This document shows positions 49,192 to 61,223 of a stretch of DNA of 64,000 nt, piece by piece; position 1 is the stretch's first letter, and the number at the start of each line of letters is the position of its first letter. The notes beneath the pieces were generated by a model that was given only the letters and a program-made list of their open reading frames with translations, did no database searches and was not told the origin of the DNA. Source of the stretch: Podospora anserina (taxonomy: Eukaryota); contig CM030332.1 in assembly GCA_017654855.1 (NCBI GenBank), forward strand, positions 1,054,001 through 1,118,000. Direction: 5' to 3'. Both the position numbers and the translations under genes were made by a program.

Positions 49192-49382
49192 GATTTTGGG
49201 ACGTTTGTTTTTTCGGGATAGCGCGGCGTTGTGATATTTTATGGCAGGTAGGCAAACAGGTGCATCTTGGGACCGGTTGTTGACATTGAATTTGTGAAAG
49301 CTATTGATGTAGGTGGTAATTTTCTCTCTCCGCTGAGGAAACGTCTAGTTAGAGAAAGCTGATAATATATACAGTGCCGGTT

Positions 49383-50873
49383 TTAATATACAGCACAACC
49401 GTCCTGGGCGAGGGCGAAGGCGTGCGAGAAAAAAGCCTGCATGGCCTTGTAGTGAAACAGAATGCCTCCCAGCACGGCGATGTGCCACAGGTTGTGGCTG
49501 CCACCGCAGTAGTCAAACATTCCCGGACACCAGCGCTCTGGAACCTTGCTGGCGTAGACGATGGCTCCAAGGAGGTAGACACCAATGGATTTGCCAATGG
49601 GGCCGTAGAACTCCATGGCGGAAGCAAAGCTGCGGGTGAGCGAGATCTGGAGGATGGGCAGGAAGCCAGTGGCGCCGAGGCCGCAGTAAAAGGCAACTCT
49701 GGCCCAAGCCATGTCCGCTCCGTTGAACTTGGGGTGCCATGGGAGAATGACGCCTCCGACGCCAAGGAGGGCGGTGGTGATCATGTAAGCATAACGGCTG
49801 ACGGGATCGCAGTAAAAGGCCGTGTATTCGGTCGTCATGATGGACGAGGCAATCAGGAGCGAGATGCCGGTGTAGTCGACGCAGGCAAACATGGAGATGA
49901 GATCGACATCGGCGACCGAATTCATCGTGTGCCAGATGGTGCTGCAGACCAGGCACTGGCAGGCGGCAAAGAAGAAGACGGCGGCAACAAAAATGTCGGC
50001 TTTGCTGCTCAGGGAGAAGTTGGTGCTGGTGGGATAGAAGTAAAAGGCCACAGCCAAAACAAGGACGAGGCCGATAGCGTGCGACCAGATGTTGACAAGC
50101 TCGTTGGAGAAGCCAAACGCTGACCGCACGCAGGCCAGCTTGGTTTCGGAAAACCGATAGCCCTTCTTGATGTGGGGGTTGATCCTCCATGGGACTGGCA
50201 AGTCATCGTAGTGAAGCAAGCCGTGTTCCCGGGCCCGGGCAATCGCTCGCTGTACATGGTCCTCGAGGGACTCAGCAGCGCGCATTGCTCTTTCGATACC
50301 ACCATCGACAACACGATGGGCCTCGTCCATGAGCACCTCGGCCGCATTGGCCAGGCCTCTTTCCCGAAACTTGGCGGCTTGGTTCTCCATATCCTCTAGC
50401 AGGTCGTCGAGGACCTCGATACCAATCTTTGCCTTTTCGTTGAGCGACTCTGCGGCGGCCATGGCGTCTTGGTATCCTGACTCGAGAGTTTCCACCATAA
50501 CATGGAGTTTCCTCCTTCCAGCCCCCATCATCTCTTCCGACACCTGCGAGCATCTTTCCTGAACCGCCTGCAGTGTGGAGTAGGCGGCCGAGATACCGGA
50601 ATCCAGACTGAGCTCGCCATAGCTCTCCCAATCCTCGAGCTTCTTCTCCAAATTTGTGAGGAACAGATCCAGCTTGAGCAAGAGACCCTCCTCCCCTTCC
50701 ATGAACTGGTTGACCAGAGACTTTCTCCTTTGCTTGAAATGCGAAGGGCGGCGTTGTCGGAGGGCCGGCCGTTCTTGCGCCTGTGCTCCGGACGACTGGC
50801 CGGCTTCGGGGGCGTCTTCGCAAGCGCTGAATGTAAACGGGGAGGGGCACCCGAGACCCGGAGAGACGTCCAT
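49383..50873 (-). CDS. IZH3: PAQR / haemolysin-III family membrane protein, Izh3-like (long N-terminal helical region), intronless
   Basis: PAQR motifs LPVPWRINPHIKKGYRF, NELVNIWSH, STIWHT, DYTGI and PERWCPGMFDYCGGSHNLWH; seven hydrophobic segments. Confidence 0.93.
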   Translation of the reverse strand: MDVSPGLGCPSPFTFSACEDAPEAGQSSGAQAQERPALRQRRPSHFKQRRKSLVNQFMEGEEGLLLKLDLFLTNLEKKLEDWESYGELSLDSGISAAYSTLQAVQERCSQVSEEMMGAGRRKLHVMVETLESGYQDAMAAAESLNEKAKIGIEVLDDLLEDMENQAAKFRERGLANAAEVLMDEAHRVVDGGIERAMRAAESLEDHVQRAIARAREHGLLHYDDLPVPWRINPHIKKGYRFSETKLACVRSAFGFSNELVNIWSHAIGLVLVLAVAFYFYPTSTNFSLSSKADIFVAAVFFFAACQCLVCSTIWHTMNSVADVDLISMFACVDYTGISLLIASSIMTTEYTAFYCDPVSRYAYMITTALLGVGGVILPWHPKFNGADMAWARVAFYCGLGATGFLPILQISLTRSFASAMEFYGPIGKSIGVYLLGAIVYASKVPERWCPGMFDYCGGSHNLWHIAVLGGILFHYKAMQAFFSHAFALAQDGCAVY

Positions 50874-50929
50874 CGTGAGCGGCGTTCAAGATTAAATTCC
50901 TTGGGTAAGACACCGCAGCACGAGGTTCC

Positions 50930-50955
50930 GTGTGTGTGTGTGTGTGTGTGTGTGT
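50930..50955. repeat. (GT)13 microsatellite in the IZH3 5' region
   Basis: Direct reading. Confidence 0.95.
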
Positions 50956-51967
50956 AACTGGAGAGAGGCGGGACGGTCACAACCAAGTCGGCTGTTGCTT
51001 CGGTTGTGGACTACGACGGCGAGTCGTGGACCCGGCGCTTCTTCCGGAAAAATTCTGGGTGGAATAGGAGGTGCGGGAAGAGCGGTCGGCTTGCCACCTG
51101 CGTCGATCGAGACCCTGAAAAAGTTGGAGATTGGGATGCGCTCGTGTCGCACAAGAAAGGGGTAAAATATGCAGGGAACCAGAACGAACAAGATCTAGAA
51201 ATCAAGAAACCCACGATCTTGCAATCGTCTGGGACATGTACATGGAAGAAGGATAGGATGGCTTTAAGAACGCATACAAAACAGGAACAAGTAAAGCAAA
51301 GAGGGGCCCGAGTGGTTTATGTGTGGACTTGCGGGCCGCCATGCTCGCAAAAGGAGGTCCAAGTGGAGATTTACCGTGTTAACCAAGCCCAAACGGGCCC
51401 AAAGTCCGCTGTAAGAGACCGCTAGAGGACTGCCACCTGCAGCGCCCAGCGCCTTCCCTCAGCGCCCCCGGGGCCAATTGAATGCCGTCATCGTACCCAC
51501 GCTCCCCCACTTTTGGTACCAAGACCCTGCGCAAGCCTGTGATTGCGACCTGTGACGCTTCTTTCACCGAGGCAAAACCTTCCAGCAGGGCATCTGGGCT
51601 TCCCAAACCGAAACAAAAGACGACCTTGAGAGGCACCGCTATCTCCACGAATAACGTCATTGGCAGTTGAACAGACATCTTTGGGCCCTTTTTGACACAA
51701 CCTGTAATCTACCCCGCATCGAGCAGCAATCGACGACGCGCATCGACAAGCCGCTTGACTAACTTTTCCGACTGCTTGTGCGACGGCTCTTCAATTTTGG
51801 CTTCCGCTGCCCCGTGGTGATCTCATCGCCAACCATCCATTGTCGCAGCAGCTCTCATCATCTGCCAGCTCACGTGGTCGCACTACACCCGCCAACCGGT
51901 TTCCAACCATTCTTTCAACGAATACCCGCCTCATTGTGATCGCGACCCACGCGGCTGGAAATCCATC

Positions 51968-52823
51968 ATGACGGTCGATTCGCAACCACACGTCATGGGC
52001 GTCACCCATCCTACGCTAGTCCAAGCACTCGAAACCTCCAGAGCAGCTCGTGAACAGGCGCAAGGCATAGTAAAGCTCGTTGCCGAAGCCCAGACCGCAA
52101 TCGCCGACGGCACCGGCACCAAAGCAGACTTCAAGCTCCCTATACAAAAGGCAAAGAAACCTCTCTGGACCAACCTCGCCGTTCTTCGCGGACAACATCG
52201 TCGCGCTCACTTCAAGGCGCGCGAGACAAAGGCCTTGACGGCAGAAGCAAGACAGGAGGTAGATTCTCTTCACCTGTCACTACAGAATCTACATTATGAA
52301 GAGCGTCATTTGGAGCTGGAAATTGCGGCTTGCGAGGGGTTCGAGTAGGTTCTGTTCAGGTCTGGTCGAATTCAAACGGATAACTAATGTTGGACATCAA
52401 ACAGACATACCTACCAACTCCTCCCGCTGATTCCCGTCGAAGAGTTTCTCGCCCTGCACCCTGAACACGCCGAGTCGGATGAGAACACTTTGATGGTCGC
52501 CCGCATCAACCACGAGCGCACCGAGCGCGAAGCCCTCGAGCAGCAACGGCTCGAGTTGCAAAAGCAAAAGACCAAGCTGACGACGGAAAACAAGAAACGT
52601 AGAGAGGATCTTGCGAACCTGGATCAGAAGATGGAGAAATTCATTGATGCAAGTTTTTCTTCTTTTCAGTCTTATTTCTTTGGTCAGGAGGGTGGTGGTT
52701 GTGTCTAAGGGTAAATTAGAGATGGATCGGGAGTAGAGTGTCAGGTGGAAATGCTTGTGCTAACTTGGCTGCAACGGATAGGCCGCGAAACCGATTCAGA
52801 AAATGCTCGAGCAAGATGTCTAG
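51968..52823 (+). CDS. THOC5: THO complex subunit 5 (Fms-interacting protein) N-terminal-domain protein; 3 exons
   Basis: Exons 51968-52344, 52405-52648 and 52782-52823; introns 52345-52404 (GT-AG) and 52649-52781 (GC-AG). Motifs: TAEARQEVDSLHLSLQNLHYEERHL, LPLIPVEEFL, LMVARINHE..ER and EKFIDAAKPIQ. Confidence 0.88.
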
Positions 52824-52893
52824 GGGTGGCAAACTTGACAGTGAGCTATCAGCTGCGCGAAAAACGAGAAGCGAAAGAAAATGGGCTAAATAT

Positions 52894-53002
52894 CTGAAAA
52901 AGAGAGCTGAGAAGAAAGCTGAAAAGAGAGAGCCGAGAAGAGAGCCGAGAAGAGAGCCGAGGAGAGAGCCGAGGAGAGACCTGGGAAGAGAACTGAGGAG
53001 AG
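52894..53002. repeat. 12-bp purine-rich minisatellite (consensus AGAGAGCCGAGR) in the THOC5 3' region
   Basis: About 4 near-perfect copies with degenerate flanking copies. Confidence 0.85.
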
Positions 53003-54620
53003 GGCGAATGATGCCGGGCCTTGAGTCAACGAGAGACGATGTACGCTCTCCGGCAATCTTAGTACTTCTTTCAAGGGGCAATTGGTTTCTTGTTGTCAAA
53101 GGGCGTTCAGGTCAGCATTCTTTTCTTCCTCAATCCCCAAGCACTCACAATGGGACTGTGACGGCTGAAACTTGTGGTTCAGGAGATACATAGGTACCAA
53201 TAGTATTCAGCAAAGGGCTCGATGAATGCGGCCGATGGGAGCAAGGCGTTACCCGTGGGTTCTTGGATGATTTCGCAAACCCCTCTGCAAGCAGAGAGGG
53301 GTTTGCAAATCTAACTAAACCCACGAGTAGACAAACTGTTAATCGAGGGGAAAGGGGGGTGGGATAGTCGACTAATGTATTCAATCACCAATAATAGTAT
53401 TATGCCTCCACAAAGGGGCCTCCTCGACTTTGGGTCCACAGCCAGCCCTACGAGGAAGCAGCACGAACCAAGAAGATCGAGATCTACGAAATGCCGTCGT
53501 ATCCGTACCTTGGGAATCCGGGATACCTCGTCGAAAAATAATTCAACGGCCGACGGCGGATTTTTTGGGGAAGATGGTGGGATAGGGGAGGGGGGAACAA
53601 CAAGGCGGGGACGGTTCATCTCGCCTATCTCTTGTTCATCAGCCTTGTCGGATGGGCCGGATAGGAATGGGGCCTCTATTCACCGCTCTAGGCCAAGACC
53701 CTATGGCACGCAAACACTGGCGAGGAGGGTTACCGGATCGCAAGTTGTTTGAGGGCTTTAGAACAACGCTCTGGGAGTTGAAAAGTCATATGGTCGGAGT
53801 GCAAAGGGAAAGAAAGATGCAACAGGGCAAGGCGCAGCAGGCAAGGCCTCTCTCATCTTTCAGCCTTGCCGATCAGCCGAGTGGGTTAAGCACGCACTGT
53901 CCAACGACAAGGCTGAGCTAGCAATGGGCTACTCCGTAGGAAACACTCAGTTGGTAAATTGCGATGGAGTTTTATCTATCGTCGGATCGTCCCGGTGACC
54001 GTCGCGTGGTAGGTGTTCCGCAATTGATGGTTCTTGTCAGCCAGGGGTCTCTTAAAGGAAAAAGGAGGTTCTCTCACACGCCAGGTCAGGCGTTCTGGAA
54101 AGAATGACAAGCGTGAGGCTTTATATATCGCTGCCCTGTGAAGAGTGTGGTGGCTGCGCCGTGTTGTGGCTGATGCCGTCCCCCCCTTTTTGATCCTCAG
54201 TTCTCCCCGTCGGCATAACAATGGAGACAACTTGCGGACGACCCGTAAGAGAAAAAATGTCGGTTATATGCCTATTTTTGAACCCTTTTTTTGCGGCGCA
54301 GTTTTTGGATCAGTTTAGGATAGTCGTTTCCGAGTAGGGTTGTAGGTGGTGGAATGTGTAAGCACTTGTTCCCGCTGCGCCTTTCTTAGGAGCTTAGCAA
54401 TCTCACTTGTGTGGATATCCATCACCGAGAGAGGAGGACGAGGACTTCTTGTCAAAGCTACCTTGGCAAGTACGAATAAGAAGAGAAAAAAACAACCACA
54501 AGATGGAATTTCATCAGCTCGCTTGTGAGGGCATGCATGAGGTTAATACATCACATTCTCATATGCGACACACACAACATCAAAACGCCACCTCAAAGGC
54601 AGCCTCGTGGCGCGTGCTGT

Positions 54621-54685
54621 GATAATGATTTTGTGATTTTGATAAGGGGTGATTTTTGTAGTTCGATAATGGGGGGATAGATAAA
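54621..54685 (+). promoter_or_regulatory. Cluster of five same-strand GATA motifs
   Basis: GATAA at 54621, GATAAG at 54641, GATAA at 54665, GATAG at 54676 and GATAAA at 54680. Confidence 0.35.
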
Positions 54686-57600
54686 GGCATGATCTGATTT
54701 GCTCCGGTGACTGATCGCTAAGAGAGCACATCTAATCCCCAATCTTACTGGTCCGTGTGATGAAAGGGCTCCGAAGGATTGGGTTTCATGGTTTCATGAC
54801 CCTTTTTGATGAAGTGCTTACTTATTGTACGCGGGTTCTAACCATCCTCGTGGTTCGTCGTCGGATTAAGGGTCCATGGGGATCGGGTTCGCCTACCTAG
54901 GTATAAGCCGAGTATCTTTTTTCGCAAGGTTCGGATATCTTTTTGTGGAGGGAAATACTTCTGTAAGGAGATATTTCTTACAACACCAAGCTGACAAAAT
55001 TGGCAGCTGTCGTCTTGCAATATCAGTCAGCCTGAGACATGCTTGCCATAATCCTGACCCTGAGATAAAGTCAGCACATCTATTTCTCACCAAATGGCTT
55101 CATCCAAGCAAGACTGGCAACTCCACAAGCACCATGTTGGATTTTGGCCCATATCATCATCCCCGTCCATCCCACTATCAAAGTGTACAACGCCGCACGG
55201 CTAAAACAAAGGCGCGTAAGTTGTAAGATGTGCCGCGGGATGGGAGATATTTCAACACATGGACCAGTCTAGATTGAAATGGAAATAGTTCCCAATCCAA
55301 CTGCGAAAAAAAAAAAAGAAAAAAAAGAATCGCGTGGCGGGACGCGGGTTTGGTCTGCTTGACGGCCGCAAATCTTGCGTGATTTTTTCTCTCACCAACC
55401 CCTGGATGTTGTAACCACCAGCACACAGATTGCTACCGTCAGGGGGGTTTGATGGACGGACCGGACATTGCAGCCGCCGGGCGGGAAGGGAAAGGAAGGG
55501 TCCTGACCGGCCTTTTCTGCAACCCTCCCCAATGAACGCCTGGAAGCTTGTTCCTAATCAACACCACTGGTGCTGGCTGTCGTACAAAATTTCGAAGACA
55601 AGGTTATTAGTGATATTAAAGGGTTTCAATTCGAAAACATGCTTCCTTATTGCTTCTCTGCCAGTTCCCAGCAGTTGCAAGACATGTTTCGAAACATTCT
55701 ATTGCATTTTCCCCCTCATCATGCAGATGCGTCCCTAAACCCGGTCGTACAGAAAAGGAAGCGGCTTCGGGGTCTGAAAAGTTAACGCCTCTCCCGTTGG
55801 AACCGGCCCCACGAATCGGTGGGCGGACAGTTTCTGAGGCGACGATGAAAAAGAGGCCCCGTTTCTAGTTCCCCGGACCTGCAGCACTCCTACAGTAGAC
55901 TCTCAACTTTGTTGTTCTGCTGTATCACCGCCTGCAATATACTGCCGGCCTGTGAGCCATGCATCTCGGTTTGAGGTGTGGAAGGCTTCGTTGTCGGATG
56001 TCAAACTCGGGCCAAGCTGCTGTCATGAGCTGCCAGATTGATAACCCAAAAGAAGCTTTTTCTGGTTCTGGGATGGTTGTGATCGGAGTAGAGGATTGTC
56101 CGGGATGCAGCACCCCAGACCCGACCCAACGTCTGGTTGAAGCCGCACAAGCGAAATGAATCTCTTTGACCACATCACGCAAGAGCCGGCCGGTTCCTGC
56201 TGGGACGCCGCCGTGGTGATGCTTGAGTAACAAAAGACACCCTCCCGCCACGCCAGGAACAGCCTCTAGATGCTATTGTCAGCCGCTTTGAGCTCTGCCG
56301 CCTCGACATCTTGTTCAACAACATCATAAAAGATGCGGTGATGTGATCCATGCTCCACCACTGCCGGCGGCCGAAGCCGGTGAAGGGACGGCGATGGGGC
56401 CGTTGTAGCGTAGCCCGTTCCGGTAAGTGTGGGATGGAGATAGAAAAAAAAAGAAAAAAAAGACCTTTTTGGCTCTTGCTAGCCTGCCATTGAATCCATC
56501 GCGCAGCTTAAAATTGGTCCAACGCTACGCTTGGCACGATGCGACATGGGCGAGGTGAGAGCGGATGAATGGGCTTCAACTCTGGTGCCGAGGCCGAGCG
56601 AGAGGCCTCACAAGAAGCACGTTTTTCGACTATTCCGCAGGTACCCATGTACCTAGATATAAAAAGGTCTCAGTTAGCAACGTTCCCAGGCCGGAATTTC
56701 ACCTTTTTTTGTATGGGGATCCGCATCTCCATGTGAGCCGTGCCGAGACACCGGCACGTAGCCTGCTGCTGTGCTCACGCTCTTCTGCAGGCTGCTCGTC
56801 AGCTCAGTGGCTCTCCAGACTATGCAGAACTACAGCGCCACCTTCGCATTTCTGGCCGTTACACTCTCGCTGCTAGTGAGGTGACTTGTGCGAGCATCGC
56901 GGGCCAATAGTAACATCGGAGAAGGGGAAATGCCTGAGCTGCCGTGTCCGCTTGGGAAAGCTCATCATAATTTCCACAAAGTGGCATCGGCCCACCAGCC
57001 AGTGACAGAGCCGAAGGGGGCCCAAGCTCCCCGTGCATGTCAAATGGCGACTGTCCAACGTGGGGATGTGGCTGGTAAGTACAGCGCGTTATCGACATGG
57101 CATGGCGAGGCTAGCTCTTTGCTTTCCTCTTTGATGCTGACCGACTTCCTTTGCCGCGTTGGAGTGAGCGGTGTACTGTTCTCTGTGTTGTGGATGGGGG
57201 ATGCTGGCTTCTTATCTGCTTGGTGGGAGGACCCCGAATAATAATAAACTGTTCTCTGGCGCAAGGAACGGCATGGTATGATGCGGGTCATGCTGTGTGT
57301 GTGCCAACTTCAGACACAGAGCCCCACAGACTTCGATTTGTCCCGAGATCCCCCATCAGGATTGGTGAGATTCTCTGCCACCGGTGCAGTTCCGTCAGGT
57401 GTCGAGCCGTCAAGAACGTGCGGCTGGCGTGGTGGTTCGGAGGGACGGCAGCGCTTGGAGTGCCCTGACGTCGTCCCTCGGCCTAGCAACAGCTGTGAGA
57501 CTTTTTACTTGTCGTTGTCTTGTCGTTGTTGATCGCGACAGGAAGTGGAGTTGGACCTTTTGCGCGTGCTGGAGGCCAAGTGTTTGGTTGGCTTCTGTGA

Positions 57601-58977
57601 CAGGGAATAATGTATGGAGTCAGACGTAAGATTCCTGGCCTGGCCAGGTAGGCAACAAAGCTTTGAACTGCCGCCGCTTGGCAAACGCGGCCTTGGAGCG
57701 AGAAAAAAACAGATTTAATTTTTTTTGCAACCTGGGTACTCCGTCGTGTGAAGTTCGAATAGGCGAATGCCAGACAGCCTTCGCCAACGCGCCAATGCCT
57801 CCCGAGCAGCTTGTTTCAACGGCAGGGACGTTGAGTGTTGGATCGTCGAGAAGAGCTGTCTGGAAGGGGAAGACTGCAGCAGGAGCTAAGTGGACGAAGC
57901 TCTCTTTCGCACACCAACGACACCCCAGATTTCTCCCCCGCGATTTCCATGTGAAAAACAGCGGGATCCAGGTCAGGGTGCCGCGACTCAGACCTATCCC
58001 AAACCGTTCCGAAGGCTGTGAAAGAGGCCTTTTTTGAGTGTGTTTTTCTCATCAACCCGCAAATAACAGACCACTACAGAGGCCTTGCTAGCCTTGCAAC
58101 GGGAAACAGCAAACCTGGGCCGTTGCTGAGCCGTCCCCAGGTGGGAAATTTGTTACCCAAAAGCGACAAGCTTGCTGTGTTATTCGCACCAGGTACTTTC
58201 GTGTCCACCTCACAGTTGAGGGAATCCACAATCTTACGCTGCTGCTGCGGAGGGCCGACCCCAACAGCGATCCAATTGCCTGTAGCTCAGCCCCCAGTCC
58301 CCGTCGTGACCCTGCCGAGCCTGCGCATCCCAGCCCACACCTATCCAAAGGTAGCACCCACGAACACCCCCAGCAGCGTTTTCCCATCGCAGGTGTTGGC
58401 ACCGACCGACAGAGAGAGAACGCGTGGGCTGGGCTTTCAACCTCAGCTGCCCCCTTTTTTCTGTTGCCGGCAGCCTACCCTCAACGAGTTTCATCGACAG
58501 CTACCATACCCAGGTTGAGCTTCCTACCCTCACCTCAGCCAGGTCCACCCCCGGGTCGCACCACATTGACCACATTGACCACTCACCACCTGCACCCCCA
58601 TCTACCTGACTGCGCCCGCCCGGTGGTTATCCATTTTCTCAACCGCACACCTCACCTCATCTCCTTCTCTTCTCTTTTTTCCCTTTTCCCCCTTCCTCCC
58701 GCCAGTCCCTCCTTCCCACCATCTCGAATCGCAGCCCTGTGCCTCTGGACCTTTGGACGTGCTCGGTTGAGGTGCAATCGACTCGCGTCTCTTTGTGCAC
58801 TCGGGCCCACGCCGTCAACTCGTCGTCGACTTCCTCCTCCCATCACCTCAACGCCCTCAAACCGCCATTCGTCGGTTAGCAAACTGGGCGTGTTTCCGTC
58901 CACGACGAGTCAGCAACTTATAAAACACACCACCGCTACCTCCACCTCCACATAATAACTCACACCGAGCAGCAACA

Positions 58978-61223
58978 ATGTCGATATTTGGGTGGTGTAG
59001 CCAGCGCGCTGGCGGTCTGGCCATGATGGCCACCGTTGCGCTCTCCTACTGGGTGATTTCGAGCGAACTCGAGGCTCAACGACATGGCTACAAGTATCAG
59101 TCAAACGACAGTCTTAGCGCACCCAATTACGACCCGCAAAACGGTGCCATTTGGGTCAACATCTTCTCCTACTACTGCCTGCTCATCCACTTCCTTGTCT
59201 TCTGCTTCCCCTTGCGCTCCTGCTACGCCGTCTTCACCATTGGCAGGCAGCTGCGCAAGTCGGCTCGTGCCAGGACCCTCAAAGACATCAAGTTTGGACA
59301 CCGCCGCCGCAGCTCTTCGACCTCCCTTTCCAGCTCCGAGACCTTGACCTCGTCGCGCGACCTGGGCTCCTCCTCGAGCAGCGAAGTTGAGGATGTCGAT
59401 ACGGATTGCTACATTGACGCCGACATTGCCCCCGACCGCGTCATCCATGCCATTGTCATTCCCAACTACAAGGAGGAAAATGACACGCTCAGGGAGACTC
59501 TCGAGGTCTTGGCCTCTCACCCTCAGGCCCGCAACACCTACGATGTAAGTTGGCGCGCTCTACACTTCAGCCGCCGGATGACACACCCCCTCATCAACCG
59601 CTGTCAACAAATGCTTGTTTGTTCTCTGGCAGCAGCTGTGGTGGGGGTGAATGGGTCCGATGAAGGACCTCCCCTGTTTAGTGCGGAGCTGACAGTTCAC
59701 GATCCAGGTCTATCTTGCTATGGAGCAGCGGGAACACAATGCCGAGACCAAGGCTTCCCGGTTCGTCAATGAGTTCTCCAAGAAGTTCCGCTCCATCAAC
59801 TACACGCTTCACCCGTCTGATATCCCCGGCGAGCTTGCTGGCAAGGGCAGCAACATGGCTTGGGCCGCCCGGAAGCTCAGCGAAAGATACTCTCTGGGCC
59901 AGCGAAAGGATGTGATTGTGACCGGAATTGATGGTGAGTTTGCCCCGCAGAAGCTGCCGAACGTTCTGGGCCCCGTTGCAAGAATGCACCGGGTCGCTCG
60001 GTGTGGTTGGTCCCTTTATTTCTGTCCTGTGCGCGCGATTGGATTCGCTAACCAAGTTTGTCACGGATGCAGCTGATAGCCATCTCTCGACCAATTACTT
60101 TGGCCTGGTCACCACCATGCACATGACTTACACCGAGACTGCCACTACCACCCTCTACTCAGCTCCTATCATCTTTGACCGCAATGCTCACAACGTCCCG
60201 GCTATTGTCCGTGTCGCCGATGTACTGTGGTCTGCTGCCGGCATGTCCGGATTGTACAAGGGTTCGACCGTTGCCCCTCCTACTTCGGTCTACTCGGTGC
60301 CGCTCGAATTGGTTGACCGTGTCGGCGGTTGGGATTGCGATGCCGAAGCGATTGGCGAGGATTTGCACATGTACCTCAAGTGCTTCTTTGCGCTCAATGG
60401 TAACTTGACCGTTCGGACCGTCATGAGCCCTGTCAGCCAGACCAATGTTACTGGCGGCGGTCATGGCAAGGGAATCCCCGGTTTGATCGCCGACGTGCAG
60501 GCTCGGTACAAGCAAGCTCTCAGGCACATGTGGGGTGCTTTGGATACTGGGTATGCTCTCAGGAAGGTTGTCGAGGTCTGGAGAGAGAGGAAGCACACCT
60601 CCAGAGCGTTCCGCCCTCTTCATACCGCTCTGAACGACGCCTCGGATGGCTATGTTCCCGAATCGCAAGTCTCGACAGCTGACCCCGAAGCTGCTCCCGA
60701 AAGCGGCATCTTCTCGGACGTCACCACCGACACTCTGAAGGGCGTCAACTACGAGCGCATGATTGTTCTGTTTCACCGTCTTTTCGAGGCGCATTTTCTG
60801 CCTGTCCAGATGACAATCCTGGTTGTCGCATCGACTCTCTACGCCTGGGTTACTGACGGGGCTCCTGATGTTCACGGCGTCAACTGGATGTTCAGCATCT
60901 GCAACATTCTGCGCACAGTTGGTTTCATGGAAGTCGCCCTGTACCTCTTTCTCTACGAGAGCTTCCACAAGGTTTGCCTCGAGATTCGCGAGAAGGAGAT
61001 GAGCGATGCCGGTCTGACCAAGGGCATGCACTTCTCCCGCAGAGAGGCCAAGACCAACTTTATCGACTACATCATGGTACCCCTCGTCGCGCCAATCTTT
61101 GGCTCGATCCCTTGCGCCCAAGCGCAAATATACCACTTCTGGACAGTAGACTTGGTCTACACAGTCAGCAAGAAGGTCACTAGGAGGAGAGCCAAGTCGG
61201 TCAACTTGGATTCGTTGGTATAA
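58978..61223 (+). CDS. Membrane-embedded family 2 glycosyltransferase; 3 exons
   Basis: Exons 58978-59544, 59708-59933 and 60073-61223; introns 59545-59707 and 59934-60072. GT-A motifs HAIVIPNYKE, GKGSN, spliced DxD (GIDADSH), VGGWD..IGEDLH and the QxxRW-like QALRHMWG. Transmembrane segments at both ends. Confidence 0.92.

Noticed and set aside
52738-53193. ORF with REPR repeats downstream of THOC5
   Set aside because: It is the translation of a 12-bp purine-rich minisatellite, starts at a non-ATG codon inside the THOC5 intron and overlaps the last exon.
59545-59707. Structured GT2 intron as a possible TPP riboswitch or stwintron
   Set aside because: It lacks the CUGAGA core of TPP aptamers and has no nested donor/branch/acceptor set.
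6250-61223. Readthrough contexts at the stop codons of the other 12 genes
   Set aside because: None has TGA CTA; only tricalbin shows the motif together with a coding-like extension.
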